DNA of 64,000 nt from NCBI GenBank assembly GCA_040954595.2, contig CM082580.2, positions 2,036,783 through 2,100,782 of the forward strand, given 5' to 3'. Made by a program: the position numbers and the translations under genes. Origin of the DNA: Balanoglossus misakiensis. Taxonomy: Eukaryota > Animalia > Hemichordata. The notes beneath the pieces were generated by a model. It made no database searches. It saw only the letters and a list, made by a program, of their open reading frames with translations, and was not told the origin of the DNA. Positions 24,545-37,627 of the stretch are shown here, piece after piece. How positions within the stretch are numbered: position 1 is the stretch's first letter; each line of letters opens with the position of its first letter.

Positions 24545-26343
24545 CAAACTCAAAACTGCCATATCAGCCCCTACATGAGGAAAAGATCAATACTCTACGT
24601 TCACAATTGGGAAATCTTGAAATATTAATTATAGATGAAATTTCTATGGTAGACAAGAAGTTGTTGCATTATGTTCATGGAAGATTATGTCAAATTAAAC
24701 AAGCACGAATAGATATACCATTTGGAAATGTGTCTGTCCTGGCTGTGGGTGATTTCTATCAACTTCCACCTGTGAAAGCAAGTCCACTTTGTGCCGACAA
24801 TGACACTGTAAATTTGTGGAGTCATTTCAGCTTGGTTGAGCTAACGGAAATAATGAGACAAAAGGACTGTGAATTTGCAGAGTCACTGAATCGACTGAGA
24901 GTCCACAAGAGAGGGGACACACTGAGGGCAAATGACCTAGAAATGTTGAAAAAGTGTGTAACAGGTGAGGCATATGATGCAATTCACATCTTTGGTACCA
25001 ATGCAGAAGTCAACAAGTGCAACAGTGAATTACTGCATTCATTATGCCCTGACCCTGTCAATATTGAAGCGCAGGACTTCAGCAGAGATGCTAAGTCTGG
25101 GAAACTGGAAAGAAAGAAAGGTCATCATAACAAACTGTATATGTCAACTCTGCCAAAGACTATTTCTTTGGCAATAGGTGCACAAGTGCAACTAACACAA
25201 AATATTGATGTGTCTGATGGCCTGGTGAATGGTGTATTTGGATCAGTGTGTCACATTGACATGAAACCCAATGAAAAGTTTCCCAATGCTGTTTATGTTG
25301 TTTTCGACAATGTAAAAGTGGGGCAAAAGTTGCGTAGAAAGCAGGCTATTGTGTCTGAGATGCCACAAAATAGCACCTGCATTCGACCTCAAGAAATGAA
25401 TGTTGCCACCTATGGTGGCATTAGAAGGCAGTTTCCCTTGAAATTGGCATGGGCATGCACAGTTCATAAAGTACAAGGATTAACAGTTGAAAAAGCCTTT
25501 GTTTGTTTGAAGAAAATATTTGCACCAGGACAGGCGTATGTTGCATTGAGTCGGGTGACATCATTGAATGGTCTAGTAATTGATGAGGTCAAGACGTCTG
25601 CCATATATTGCAATGAAAAAGTTCAATCAGCACTGACAATGATGTCCAAGTTTAATGGCAATTGTTTTAAGAGATTTGAGTCAAACTGCAGATGTTCCTT
25701 TATGCTGCATAATGTTCAGGGTCTTATAAATCACATCAATGATGTCCGCAGTGACCAAGACTACTTACAGTCTGATTTCATTTGTTTAACAGAAACGTGG
25801 TTATCAGGCAAACAAGTGCAATCTGATGTAGTAGTTAATGGATTTGAATTCTGTCACCAGTCCCGGGCGAACTCCTATGACAACTTCAATCTGTACACTT
25901 CAGAATTACAGTTACAACAGCGTGGTGGTGTTGCGGTCTATTACAAAGTGAACAAGTCTGTTGAGATTTTAGATTTGCCTTTGTTAAAGTTGGAATGTCT
26001 TGCTTTTCATGTCAAAGATATGTGTGTGACAGTAGCAGTACTTTATAGACCGCCATCATACAAGACAGCAATTTTCAGGATGAATTTACGTCTTCTGTTG
26101 AAGGAAATGGCAAAATACCCAGGTGCAGCAGTGGTCATGGGCGATTTCAATGAAAACGTTTTCACCTCACTGTCCCTTGTGAATGAAATGGCCAACCATG
26201 GTTTCAGGCAATATGTTAGTGGACCGACTACTGAAGCTGGTACATTGATTGACCATGTATATGTGCAAGGAATTGACAATGTTGCAGTTGACATAGTACC
26301 AAAGTACTTCAGTTTTCATGAAGCCATACGCATTGCAATATAA
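24545..26343 (+). pseudogene. PIF1-type SF1 helicase (N-terminally deleted) fused to AP/EEP endonuclease
   Basis: IIDEISMV, GDFYQLPPV, QFPLKLAWACTVHKVQG and YVALSRV; then HNVQG, CLTETW, LYRPP, GDFN and IDHVY. Confidence 0.92.
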
Positions 26344-27265
26344 ACAATAACATCATTATGAATTTGTAGGTGAAACCCATGTCACACAACTCAAATGCAG
26401 GGACTACTGGGGGTTTGCACAACATACGGGTCCCCAATGTTTTAGGGATTAAGGGGAAGGGTGTGTGGGAAACGGGGGTGTCAAATCCTATTATTTGCAA
26501 TGGTCAACATGGGTTATCGTGGTGCTTCAGTCAAAATTCTTAGCAAACCTTTCATTATTGTACTTGCCTTATTCATCATGGTGTTCATCATGTGCTATAT
26601 AGCAAAGGGGTTGAATAGTACACTATTAGAAAGTATTATGGCATTGTTCACAAAAAATGTACACTATTACCTAGTGGGAAATTTTCCTGCACATGACACA
26701 AATGCACTGAAAAGTGCATGTGCATTAGGCAGCACCACAGTAACCCATGAATAATATTGTTTGTTCAGCAACTTTTTCACTCTTAAATGACCACTTATAA
26801 TATTGCCTAAATTGTGTTACATTTGGTGCTATGCCAGGGATAACTGTAGACATTTAAATAAGTTGTTCGTGTAGTTGTTGTTTGTGTCAACAACAGAATG
26901 AAACTGTTAAATCCTGCAACAGTTACAGTAGGTTTCCATCTTTAAAGTGTTGTCATGAAAGGACATTTAACCTCCTTACAGCATTGTTTGAAGTAATATG
27001 AACAATATATTTCAAAAGGAACTTATGTAGGTGTAATTTGACTGTATAATGTGGACATTACTGGTCAATTAATTAAATAGTGTGTAAATAATTTGTTTTA
27101 TTCAGTGGAGTCTTGCTACAATGAGCATAATGGGAACATATAAACTGTCACATTATCATTCACTGATGTGTCCACTACGAGAAGACAGTCATATGGTCAA
27201 ATGTGTGAATGCCCTGCAATATGCCTTTACCTCTAGAGCCTGCTGACCTGTCTACAAAGTGACGG

Positions 27266-30200
27266 TGTCACGATTGAGTTTTAACGATCACAGATCTTGT
27301 TTATGATTAAGTAAGAAGTCATTCACTTGTATGGTTTTAGTCCAGTATTGACATAGGTACTTGACCCAGAGTAAACAAGATTGTGTAATTGATACATGTC
27401 AGAAGGAGATATAGATATCACGCGCTAAGTTCATGTTTAAGAAATATTAAGATGACGTGTTCCTTTTTTGACTTAATACTTGACTAACGTATTAATAAGG
27501 TGTGGTGAAATTTGAGATCACACTATTATAACGGGAGATCCGTGATGGGAGTCAACGAGCATGGATCGAGTCGTGTAATTCTTACGTGTGACCAGTAATA
27601 AACCAGAACTTTGTGTTACTCGGAAAACTTGTTGCAAGTCTCTGTCTACGAAAGGTTTACGATCTGCCGGGTACCTCTCTCGGACTTTATGAATATGTTG
27701 GGTGGAGAAGGAGATGGAGAGAAGTTACGCCGTCAACCTTCGGACATGGCTGATTCCCCGCAGAAGCGTCCGAAGGAGGTGAACGTCCGAAGGAGGACGG
27801 TCGGCCGTAACAACATGGTGTTAGAATCCGGGTAGGCAGAGATGTTGCAACTGATTCCTGAACCGAGAAAGAAGTAAGAAGAGAAAAAGCTGGTGAAACT
27901 GATGATTCAATGGTCTGCTTCAGAAAGAAACGAGAACAGAAAAAAGGTTGGTGCTGACTGTTGACTGCATGGAATGCGTGGACGGGTTTTCAGCGATGGA
28001 TCTGTTGTTTGATCAGAGGGGCGTCGTATCCAGAAGCATGTAGTTGAAGCAGTTCGGGCGACGAAGAAAAGAGGTCTCGTGGAATGAAGAAGGGAAGACT
28101 CTTGAATCGTCTGCTATCGCAAAAGAACTGTGATAGAATGACATTGAACTGAATAATCAGCCTTTTTAATCTATAGTTTGGGAGATTTGATCATTGAAAT
28201 ATTGCGTGATCGTATTTTCTTTGTCTACTCTGATGACGTGAGTTAGTAGACGTGAGTTGACTGACCGTTATTTAACCGCGCTGATTTGATATTGTTTTTC
28301 ACCAAGTTTTTGCCTTGTTTTCGACATTGTAATTGTGTATTCTTTTGTTGAAGTGATGCCGTGAAGTGTAGTGAAGTTTAATAGGTTTTTGAGGAGTTGT
28401 TGAAGTTTTTGTGATGACCGCAAGAGAGACGGTCTGGTGATGAAGTCGTGATGTTTTAATGACCGCAAGGGAGACGGTCTGGCGTATGAAAATGGCCCTT
28501 TGAGTTGGTATGTGAGTTCATACGAGGGACAAGAGAGAAGTCCCAGAGTGTAGTTGAAGTTAAGCGTGATTTTATTGTAGTCTTACGCATCCTTTCACAT
28601 AAGAATTCGTTTCCATTGTCGTGGTTATTTTTGAACGTGACAGTATGATGAAGTGTATTATGTTTGTACGAAAGAACTATCAGACTTGATTTTTTTACGC
28701 GGTTATTGACTGTTGAATTTTGCACTGGAAAAGAGACACTCTTTGACGAGAAGTCAGAACAGTGAAGTCGTTTTGAATTTTGACATTGAAAACGTTTTAT
28801 GCGATTTTCTTCAATTTGTTTGAACAGGCTGTGATATTTTAAAGGTGATTATTGAGTTTGATTATGACGTAGTGTATTTAAAACCATGGACGTAAAAAGA
28901 GAAGGACTTAGGACTGCCGCTTAAGCCCATTCACACCTATTGTATTCCCTTTGTCTACACTGTCCTTTGACGTCTGGTGACCGTTGCCGGTGTCAACGTA
29001 CGCAGTGACACACCCCCCCCCCCCCCCCCGGGTGCTCTCAGCAGTACTCACGAAAACTTGCTGTTTAAGTCACACAGAAGTGGTAAATTACTGTAAAATT
29101 ATCACCATTTTTTTGTCTCGATGTAACGGACATAAAGAAGTGAAAACAGAAAAAATCGACCCATATTTGGCCAAATGGCGAACCGATCTTTATAAGCATG
29201 CTAAAAAAACAAGACATTTTAAAATCACTCTCACTTTAAAAGTTCAAGGGTCCTACGTCTAATTTTTGCATTTAAGAGGAGACGAAGCAATAAACTTTCA
29301 GAAAATGTGCGTCTTATATGCAGGAGCACATGGCCATTTTCACTATCCACGTTCGGATTTTGCCAATTTTCGCGAAGTGCGGTTACTCTATCACCATAGG
29401 ATTACACGTAAACCATCAAAGCATTTTCAAAAACAAGACATTTTAAAATCACTCTCACGTTAAAAGTACAAGGGTCCTACGTCTAATTTTTGCAGTAAAG
29501 TGGAGACGAAGCAATAAACTTTCAGAAAATGTGCGTCTTATAGGCAGAAGCACATGGCCATTTTCGCTATCCACGTTCGGATTTTGCCAATTTTCGCGAT
29601 GTGCGGTTACTTTATCGCCATAGGATTACACGTTAAATGATCGCGTCCACAATCGTCGACTTCGAGTGGAATTGCCGGTAAACCAAACGGTGCCTACAAT
29701 ATCTGTTCGATCGGCATAAAACCTTTAATGTATGTTGTAATTTGTGGACTACGTGACAAGAGCTACCAGCTTGGCCAAAGACGCAATTCATGTTTTTTTC
29801 AGCGTAGATTTGGTGCATACGGGCCAAATCTCCTCGATGGTTCAAAGTCAAAGGTCACGCACATGCGCGTTCCATCAATTGACTCCAACGGAAACACCCG
29901 AACAGTACCGAATATAGTACCCGAACCCACTCTTGAATAAATTACGGGTATAATCCGATTAAAGTATTGCGGAGTATTAGGAGATAACGGAGCGGCGGCA
30001 ACCATCACCTGAACAATAGCTCAATGGACAGTCCTAAGTCCTTCTCTTTTTACGTCCATGTTAAAACCGATAGCGCAGACCTTGTTTTCGTTTTCATTCT
30101 TTCTTTGATCGAACGTGTAAGTTCGATTATTGGAAAAGTGGGAAGTGTCACGATTGAGTTTTAACGATCATAGATCTTGTTTATGATTAAGTAAGAAGTC

Positions 30201-30695
30201 ATTCACTTGTATGGTTTTAGTCCAGTATTGACATAGGTACTTGACCCAGAGTAAACAAGATTGTGTAATTGATACATGTCAGAAGGAGATATAGATATCA
30301 TGCGCTAAGTTCATGTTTAAGAAATATTAAGATGACGTGTTCCTTTTTTGACATAATACTTGACTAACGTATTAATAAGGTGTGGTGAAATTTGAGATCA
30401 CACTATTATAACGGGAGATCCGTGATGGGAGTCAACGAGCATGGATCGAGTCGTGTAATTCTTACGTGTGACCAGTAATAAACCAGAACTTTGTGTTACT
30501 CGGAAAACTTGTTGCAAGTCTCTGTCTACGAAAGGTTTACGATCTGCCGGGTACCTCTCTCGGACTTTATGAATATGTTGGGTGGAGAAGGAGATGGAGA
30601 GAATTTACGCCGTCACCCTTCGGACGTGGCTGATTCCCCACAGAAGCGTCCGAAGGAGGTGAGCGTCCGAAGGACGGCGGGCTGGCGTAATAACA
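27266..30695 (+). mobile_element. Non-autonomous LTR retrotransposon (LTRs 27266-27812 and 30146-30695)
   Basis: TGT..ACA LTRs of ~550 bp; 4-bp TSD acgg; PBS-like tggtgttagaa at 27816; polypurine tract ggaaaagtgggaag before the 3' LTR; no coding capacity seen. Confidence 0.85.
28885..30060. mobile_element. Non-autonomous P-element-like MITE inside the LTR element
   Basis: 32-bp TIR catggacgtaaaaagagaaggacttaggactg; 7-bp TSD ttaaaac; internal duplication of ~225 bp (29205-29635). Confidence 0.85.
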
Positions 30696-31780
30696 ACGGC
30701 ACGAATTAATGTGTACCCTATAAATCACAGCTTTTACATTTTTGATGCCAAACTGCGCAGTGATATACGGTTGACCAGTTGACCTCTTGGAGCATCTTCA
30801 CCTAGACGTCCTCATTTGCCCACGACATCAATGTAGCCTGTGAACACAATAGCATACCGAAGCATTTGCACCTGTGTTCGGCCACAAGTTCTCAACACTC
30901 TCACAGCACAAATAATATCGCATCAAGTTTCAGGAAGTTCTGACTCTGTTACTTCCTTCACTTGCCACAATGTATCTTCCATGACCAGAGCCATACAGTA
31001 TGGACACACTGACTTCACTACTATTGCTACCACAGACCAGGACTTGCTTGGATAATGTTACAGTCCCCTGGATCACTGTTCGGGACTTCATATCACATAA
31101 TTCTTCTGCAACAAATAATTGAACAGGCAATTTGCGTTGCAGACGCCATCAACACAAACTGTCAAAGTGAATGTTGCCTACAGGCCTGTCATATTGCTTT
31201 TCGGGACTCTGGCGTTCCTACAGTTGCAAGCATGGCCCTCCTGTGTCGCCTATTTGTGGCCAACAACATTGCTGTGCTGCTGGCGTCCATGATAGGCCAA
31301 TGAGCTTGTCACTTCACCACTGATGTCAACCACATTCTATAAGTGGACAAAGATAAATGACATATCTCAGACTTTCAGGAAATGCTGGGCGACCATTGAC
31401 TGCCATGCGTGGAGACTGTATGCAATTACACCTGGGATTTTATGTTTTCCGAACAGGGCAACATAGGTGGCTTCTCACGCATATGCCTTGTGACTTGTCA
31501 ACTTGGTTTCACATTGTTTTCTTTGTGCTATAAAGTAACAGTAAGAAATTGTGAGGACACTGTTTAATTGGCTAAATCCAACTGTCCCAAATAATTGTGT
31601 TCAGAATAGCAAGACTCCATTGTATATGTGTCAAATTACTTTGCTATTGTACCAGACTGTCACAGTGAACATGTTTCAGAATGTTCACTACGTTATCATC
31701 AGTATTGTGATCAAAGAGCCCAAGCTCCACTGCAGTGACATCATGATGGACATGTGTGAGCATCATGGCTTATTAGTTAT

Positions 31781-32032
31781 TATTATTATTATTATTATTA
31801 TTTTATTCATATACAGTAGGCCACTGGCCCAAATGTATACATATGATTGATACACACGATATGCACGAGGGTGCAACAAAATTAAGCATTTGAGGTTACA
31901 AAAAAAAAAAAAAAACTAAGTTGAATCAGCTGCTGTATTTGCTCTTTTCTTCATAGCATAGAAAATGTATTTAGACAGATTTCGTATCACCGTGCTATTT
32001 TCAGACGTACAAAGCAAAACAAATTTTACATA
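31781..32032 (-). mobile_element. Very short 3' fragment of an RTEX-like LINE
   Basis: Minus strand reads KFVLLCTSENSTVIRNLSKYIFYAMKKRANT*, matching the C-terminus of the 15808 LINE; (ATA)n tail; 13-bp TSD gcttattagttat. Confidence 0.8.
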
Positions 32033-34365
32033 GCTTATTAGTTATAATTAAATCAACATTTACACAGTCAACAACAGCATACTCAGGATATGCAGTGTTG
32101 TTGTGTGCAATCAAAATGTCAATGCTTGCCACCTGTATATTACTGTTATGTTCCTTTCAGTTATATTTACTTATGTGAGCATAAAACACAGTAGTATCCA
32201 ATTATCACTTTTATTATATGCAATTGTGAACTCATTTCTTATGTGTCAATTTGCGCAGAATGATTTAGTTGTGTTGTTTACGCATTTCTTGGGTTTTTTG
32301 AGCATTTATCATTTCTATGTCATACAAACCTTTGACCATAAACCACTGAATTCTGTACATTTCAGTTAGTATCTCCTGCCTAAGAGAGACACTGCCGATT
32401 TCCAGGCCCTCCATAGACATTATGTGTAGAGCATCCAAACCCCAAGTAAAGCACGTGTTAAACACATAGTGTGACATCCAGCCTACTAAGTACAGCCGAA
32501 AATGCTTTATAGTGGAGCATAGTTCTGTATAGTTTTACGTCTGATTCTTTCAAGCGTGACATCCAATATACACATTTTCGCCACTAGGGGCGCCCCGCGT
32601 CCGCCATTGCCGTTTGGAAAGTTATCGCAGGTAAGCGATTTTCTTCTCTTTATACCTAGTCAGAAACCTTTTCGCATTTAAGACTATGATCAACGAACAA
32701 CTATTATAACAAAGCGCCACCGTGTAAAGTTTCGATACACTAGTCGCGGTAGTTTTTTCAGAGATCTTCGCCAAAATTTGATTTACCGTGTGCATGCGGT
32801 ATACTTTCCTATACTGTACACAGTAAGTAAACACTGGAACGCAGTCGTACCTCGTATTACATTTCCGTTTGTACACTCGCACGGTGCATTTCTAAATCAC
32901 TTCGACAAAATTTGGAAACCGTGTGAATTCCTACATGCATTGGCCGGTGTACGATGCACAGGAAAATGCAGTTCACTGAATGTCTCACATCACAAGCCGC
33001 CCACATGATTTCCCTTTGCACATCAATTATGTAGCATTACAGAGTACAGACAAGATGTACATTTGTATATTAAATACTTTTAGACAACAGAGGACGAAAG
33101 GAAGAAAAAAGCAAAGGTTTTCAGCCTTTCTCCACAAATGCAAAATTACAAAAATATACCTTCAAGCCTTTTTATGCATAGTTTGCTGTCACTGGCTGTT
33201 GATCTTTCTCTCAATTGTTTCTATTTTAGGATCATCTGTTTGACATTGAAAATAGGAGGACTGCCAAACACAAACCCATTGGTTTGTCAGACCAGCATGC
33301 TACATCAAAGTTAATGAACGAACACTGGCAGTATACAGGATGAACAGTAATGCAACATAAACTTAAAGATGTATGGATTTGGAAAATTGAAAGAATTGTC
33401 ATCTTTCACTTGCAAATGTTTAACTTCTCTGTAATACTTTAGTATTATCAAAATTTGTAATAAAATTCAGAGGTCAGTGTGCAAGTTATTGAAATATGAG
33501 GCAGTGAATTTAACTGACAAGGCCTGGAAAAAAAATTAATAGTTCATTGGAATTTTTTTCTTTGAGAGAGAATTTGTTTTGCTAGATGGGCGTTTGGATA
33601 GTTGTATTATCTATAGCTTGTAGACACCATTTGTTGTTTGGAAATGTTTGTTTTGCTGCACACAATTCACCCTTTTGGGAAAAAATTACAATCTCTCATT
33701 GTTTCTGAAGCCTGACCAAAACATCTGATGAACAAGATTTTTATTTCTCAGTTCTGATAAGAAAAATAGTCAGAATTCTTTTAACCAGTGGTTTTTCTAT
33801 CTTTGAAAACATCCAGTTTATCTCCAAATTAAGTGTGCTGACCATGTAGTTTTATTTGAACAGTGAATGTAATTGTTCTGGTTTATGTGTGTGCAAAATT
33901 TTAAGAAAATGACAAGTAGGTTTTTTAGCAACTTTTAGTGTATTCCTGTGGGAAGAGTCAAGTTGGCACGCAAATGCTTATAAGCCAGCATATCACACCC
34001 AAGTAGAAAGAACATTTCTGAACATTGGTTTACCATTTGTGCAGACTGTATATAATAAACAATGTTTGACTGAATATATCTTAGGTCATTGAATACTTGG
34101 ACCACACAGTCAGTTCACACCCATCATGGTGTTTTGTCAAGTAAACTGTCTCTTTAAAGCCCAGTAACAGCCACTTTTCAGGACCCTTTTCACTGTTTTT
34201 GTATCAATTGAAAATTCTTGTTCTCCCCTCAAAAGCATGTTTATTCAAACAGTATTCAGCTTGTAAACTTGTATACTGCATTGTTATTGTTGACAAGAAT
34301 GTCAGCAATAACTGCAGTTTCCATGTATAGACATTAAATTGCAAAGTTCAATATTGGGTATTATA

Positions 34366-34672
34366 TTATACCAGTATATTGATGGTGTAAATCACGCTAT
34401 TTGATTGGTCGAGACACGACACGTGACCGTGATATATTAGCCATATACCACAGTCATATATCATAGTCAAAGAAAATGCCTTTTTAAAATGTTTTATGCA
34501 AAGTTTCAATATACTGGCATAATATAATAGCAATAAAACACCCCCAGCCATGGTATACCACTCGATTTTGACCAGTTAAACTCCATATACGCACTCCCTA
34601 TTGCTCGTGCATATATGTCATGAACTGGTCAAAATCTCGTGGTATACCATGGCTGGGGGTGTTTTATTGCTT
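34366..34672. mobile_element. Small terminal-hairpin element (Crypton-like non-autonomous?)
   Basis: 143-bp stem-loop at 34529-34671 plus short IR ttataccagtatattga / tcaatatactggcatataa. Confidence 0.55.
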
Positions 34673-35068
34673 AATTTGAACATGCTATCAGGAACCAAAT
34701 GAGAATTTGTAATTGACACACAAAATAAACACAAATACTGAAAAAAATCACCAAAAGTGGCTGATTCTTGGGCTTTTATGTAATTTCACATTACCATTGG
34801 CAAAACACTTTTCTTATGCTTCCGAAAGCAGCTTTATAATAAACACATAACAATCATGAAAGAAGAACAAAGCAGATTTTGATAAACACAAAACTTTAAT
34901 GACTACTGTGTCATGATTATAAACATCCTTACGCAATAAAAATATGAATAAAAACAAGTCCAAAATGGTGTTTATTGATTACTATGCTGAATGAATCCCA
35001 AGTCAGAGCTATTAGGCTGAAGCCTACAAAAGCCAGTTTACAATATCCCTATAAAGATGAAAGACCCA

Positions 35069-35614
35069 TCAATACTTTGTCATGGTAACACAAGGCAGCC
35101 GATACAGAACTGAGCATCTTAAATGTACTTGTACTTGCATGTACAAATGAGAGCTATCATTAGAGTGGACAAGCAGGTAAGACTTAGTCTTGTACACACT
35201 CTTAACACCAAAGGTCTTTCCATATTTATTGCATGTAAATTTGGCAATATGGAATGATCTGTGATGCTGTTGCATGCCCAACTTCGAAGGACATTTTTTC
35301 CCCCACAAATATGACATAGGTGAATTTCATCTTAGTGTTTAGCTTCATGCCATTTCATACCAAGATAAGATTAGCAGAAAATCCACAAACTTGCGGCGCA
35401 CAAAACCTCTCTTTGTATGTGAAGATTTATGTTCATCAAGCCTCACCCTCTCATGAAAACCTTTACCACAAAAAGAACACCAGTATGGGAAGGTATTTGT
35501 ATGTACTCTGAAATGTTTGCATAGTCCAGTCTTAAATGTCTTTTGGCACACATTGCAGACTTTTTGCATAGTTCAGGGATTGGCTGCTCTGCCACTATCC
35601 ACAGAATGGCTTGC
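35069..35614 (-). pseudogene. Degenerate C2H2 zinc-finger array
   Basis: CNVCQKTF..L.KH.RVHT, YWCSFCGKGF..L..H...HT and FTC..GKTF..LLVH across frameshifts; upstream splice acceptor. Confidence 0.75.
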
Positions 35615-37627
35615 CTGGAAAAGAAAGAAAAAACATAAAGCATCACTTACTATCATATGGTACTCATCACAGGCGTGATGTGGAATGGGTAACTGTGTAC
35701 CAAATTTACGTTCTTCGACGTTGTGTGATTTGTAAATAACAGAACGTCAAGAAACACACTGTTGCCTCACTATCAAATCCACAGGTGCTCGTGGACTTGT
35801 GCTGTCACAGGGTAGAGCGAATGGGGGGATCTGCCAGGAGCGATTTCCTTCGCTCCCATTCGCTCTCCCCTGTGACAGCACACGTCCACGAGCATCTGTG
35901 ATCAAATCCACATAACGGATCACGCCGAGCACTTATGGACACCGGCCAATGCATGTAGGAATTCACACGGTTTCCAAATTTTGTCGAAGTGATTTAGAAA
36001 TGCACCGTGCGAGTGTACAAACGGAAATGTAATACGAGGTACGACTGCGTTCCAGTGTTTACTTACTGTGTACAGTATAGGAAAGTATACCGCATGCACA
36101 CGGTAAATCAAATTTTGGCGAATATCTCTGAAAAAACTACCGCAACTAGTGTATCGAAACTTTACACGGTGGCGCTTTGTTATAATAGTTGTTCGTTGAT
36201 CATAGTCTTAAATGCGAAAAGGTTTCCGACTAGGTATAAAGAGAAGAAAATCGTAATACGAGGTACGACTGCATTCCAGTGTTTACTGTGTACAGTATAG
36301 GAAAGTATACCGCATGCACACGGTAAATCAAATTTTGGCGAAGATCTCTGAAAAAACTACCGCGACTAGTGTATCGAAACTTTACACGGTGGCGCTTTGT
36401 TATAATAGTTGTTCGTTGATCATAGTCTTAAATGCGAAAAGGTTTCTGACTAGGTATAAAGAGAAGAAAATCGCTTACCTGCGACAACTTTCCAAACGGC
36501 AATGGCGGACGCGGGGCGCCCCTAGTGGCGAAAATGTGTATATTGGATGTCACGCTTGAAAGAATCAGACGTAAAACTATACAGAACTATGCTCCACTAT
36601 AAAGCATTTTCGGCTGTACTTAGTAGGCTGGATGTCACACTATGTGTTTAACACGTGCTTTACTTGGGGTTTGGATGCTCTACACATAATGTCTATGGAG
36701 GGCCTGGATTTCGTACACTTATCTGCAACAAAGAAATACTCCTACACAATACCAAAAGTATAGTGTCAATAAAATACATGTGAATAATTATACAAACCAT
36801 GTGTATGCGTTTATGTTGACAACAGTATATTTTGAGACATTGATGCTACAGTAACAAACTCTATTGCCAAAATAACAAAATTGACTCCTGTTGATGCCAA
36901 GATATAGAGGATAGAACACACAACTGCCAGGGTCACCTGGACATTTATAACAATATGTTCAGCCACCCCAAACGGATGTCATGCAAGTACAAACACAACA
37001 ACCAAAACTGAACTTGTACTTGTTTGCATTCAATGGCCGACTTGCATACAGATGGCGATGACGTCATAGCCGCAATGCATTGTTGTCCTCAGGGGTACAA
37101 GGTCGCAGCCATAACTTTTCTATCAACATTCATGAGTAAACAATGTCGTCCGCGATTCCGGGGTCAGATTTAAAATGTCGTAAACCAGAAGAATTGACCA
37201 TAACAGAGCTGAAGAGATGGCTGAGATGCAGAAAGGGTGCCAGTCTACGTGGAAACAAGCGAGAACTTGTTGAAAGGTAACGAAAATTTTATAATTTTTA
37301 GCGAGTTTTTGTAATGCTGCCTGCTACCGACTGCTATCGCCGACTGCCGACAGCCAAGCTGCACAATATTTCATTTCACACATGTGAAGTTCGCCGCCCA
37401 CCCCGATTTGTGCAAAAAATAAACTGAGCAACCTATTGTTAGCGTGAATACTGTCAACTCGCTTGGTAGCCGAAATTATAGTGGACAATAACACTCTGTT
37501 TTATTGCAATTTAAATGGGCGGGTACGAGGTGGCTCTCCCTAGTCCTGGTACGAGGCTGTGGCAGTCGCCATCTTGCTTAGCATAGCCACGCTTGTTCAA
37601 CGCAAAAAACAGGCGCGAAAACGAAAA

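Larger units (their letters stand above)
15559..26343 (+). pseudogene. Helentron polyprotein: C76/VTD DUB - OTU - Zn/DUF6570-like - HUH Rep - PIF1 helicase - AP endonuclease; disrupted
   Basis: Segments 15559-15807, 17074-20650 and 23638-26343 join in frame once the two insertions are removed. Stops at 17161 and 19314, a frameshift at ~17830 and a deletion at ~24535. Confidence 0.9.
32402..36707. mobile_element. DNA element with ~550-bp TIRs and a probable 4-bp TSD (attt); family uncertain
   Basis: 32402-32949 is the reverse complement of 35940-36707; the right arm has a ~225-bp internal duplication; termini CCAGG..CCTGG. Confidence 0.85.

Noticed and set aside
30700-31500. Possible decayed coding sequence
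   Set aside because: No recognisable motif or sustained frame by eye; left unannotated.
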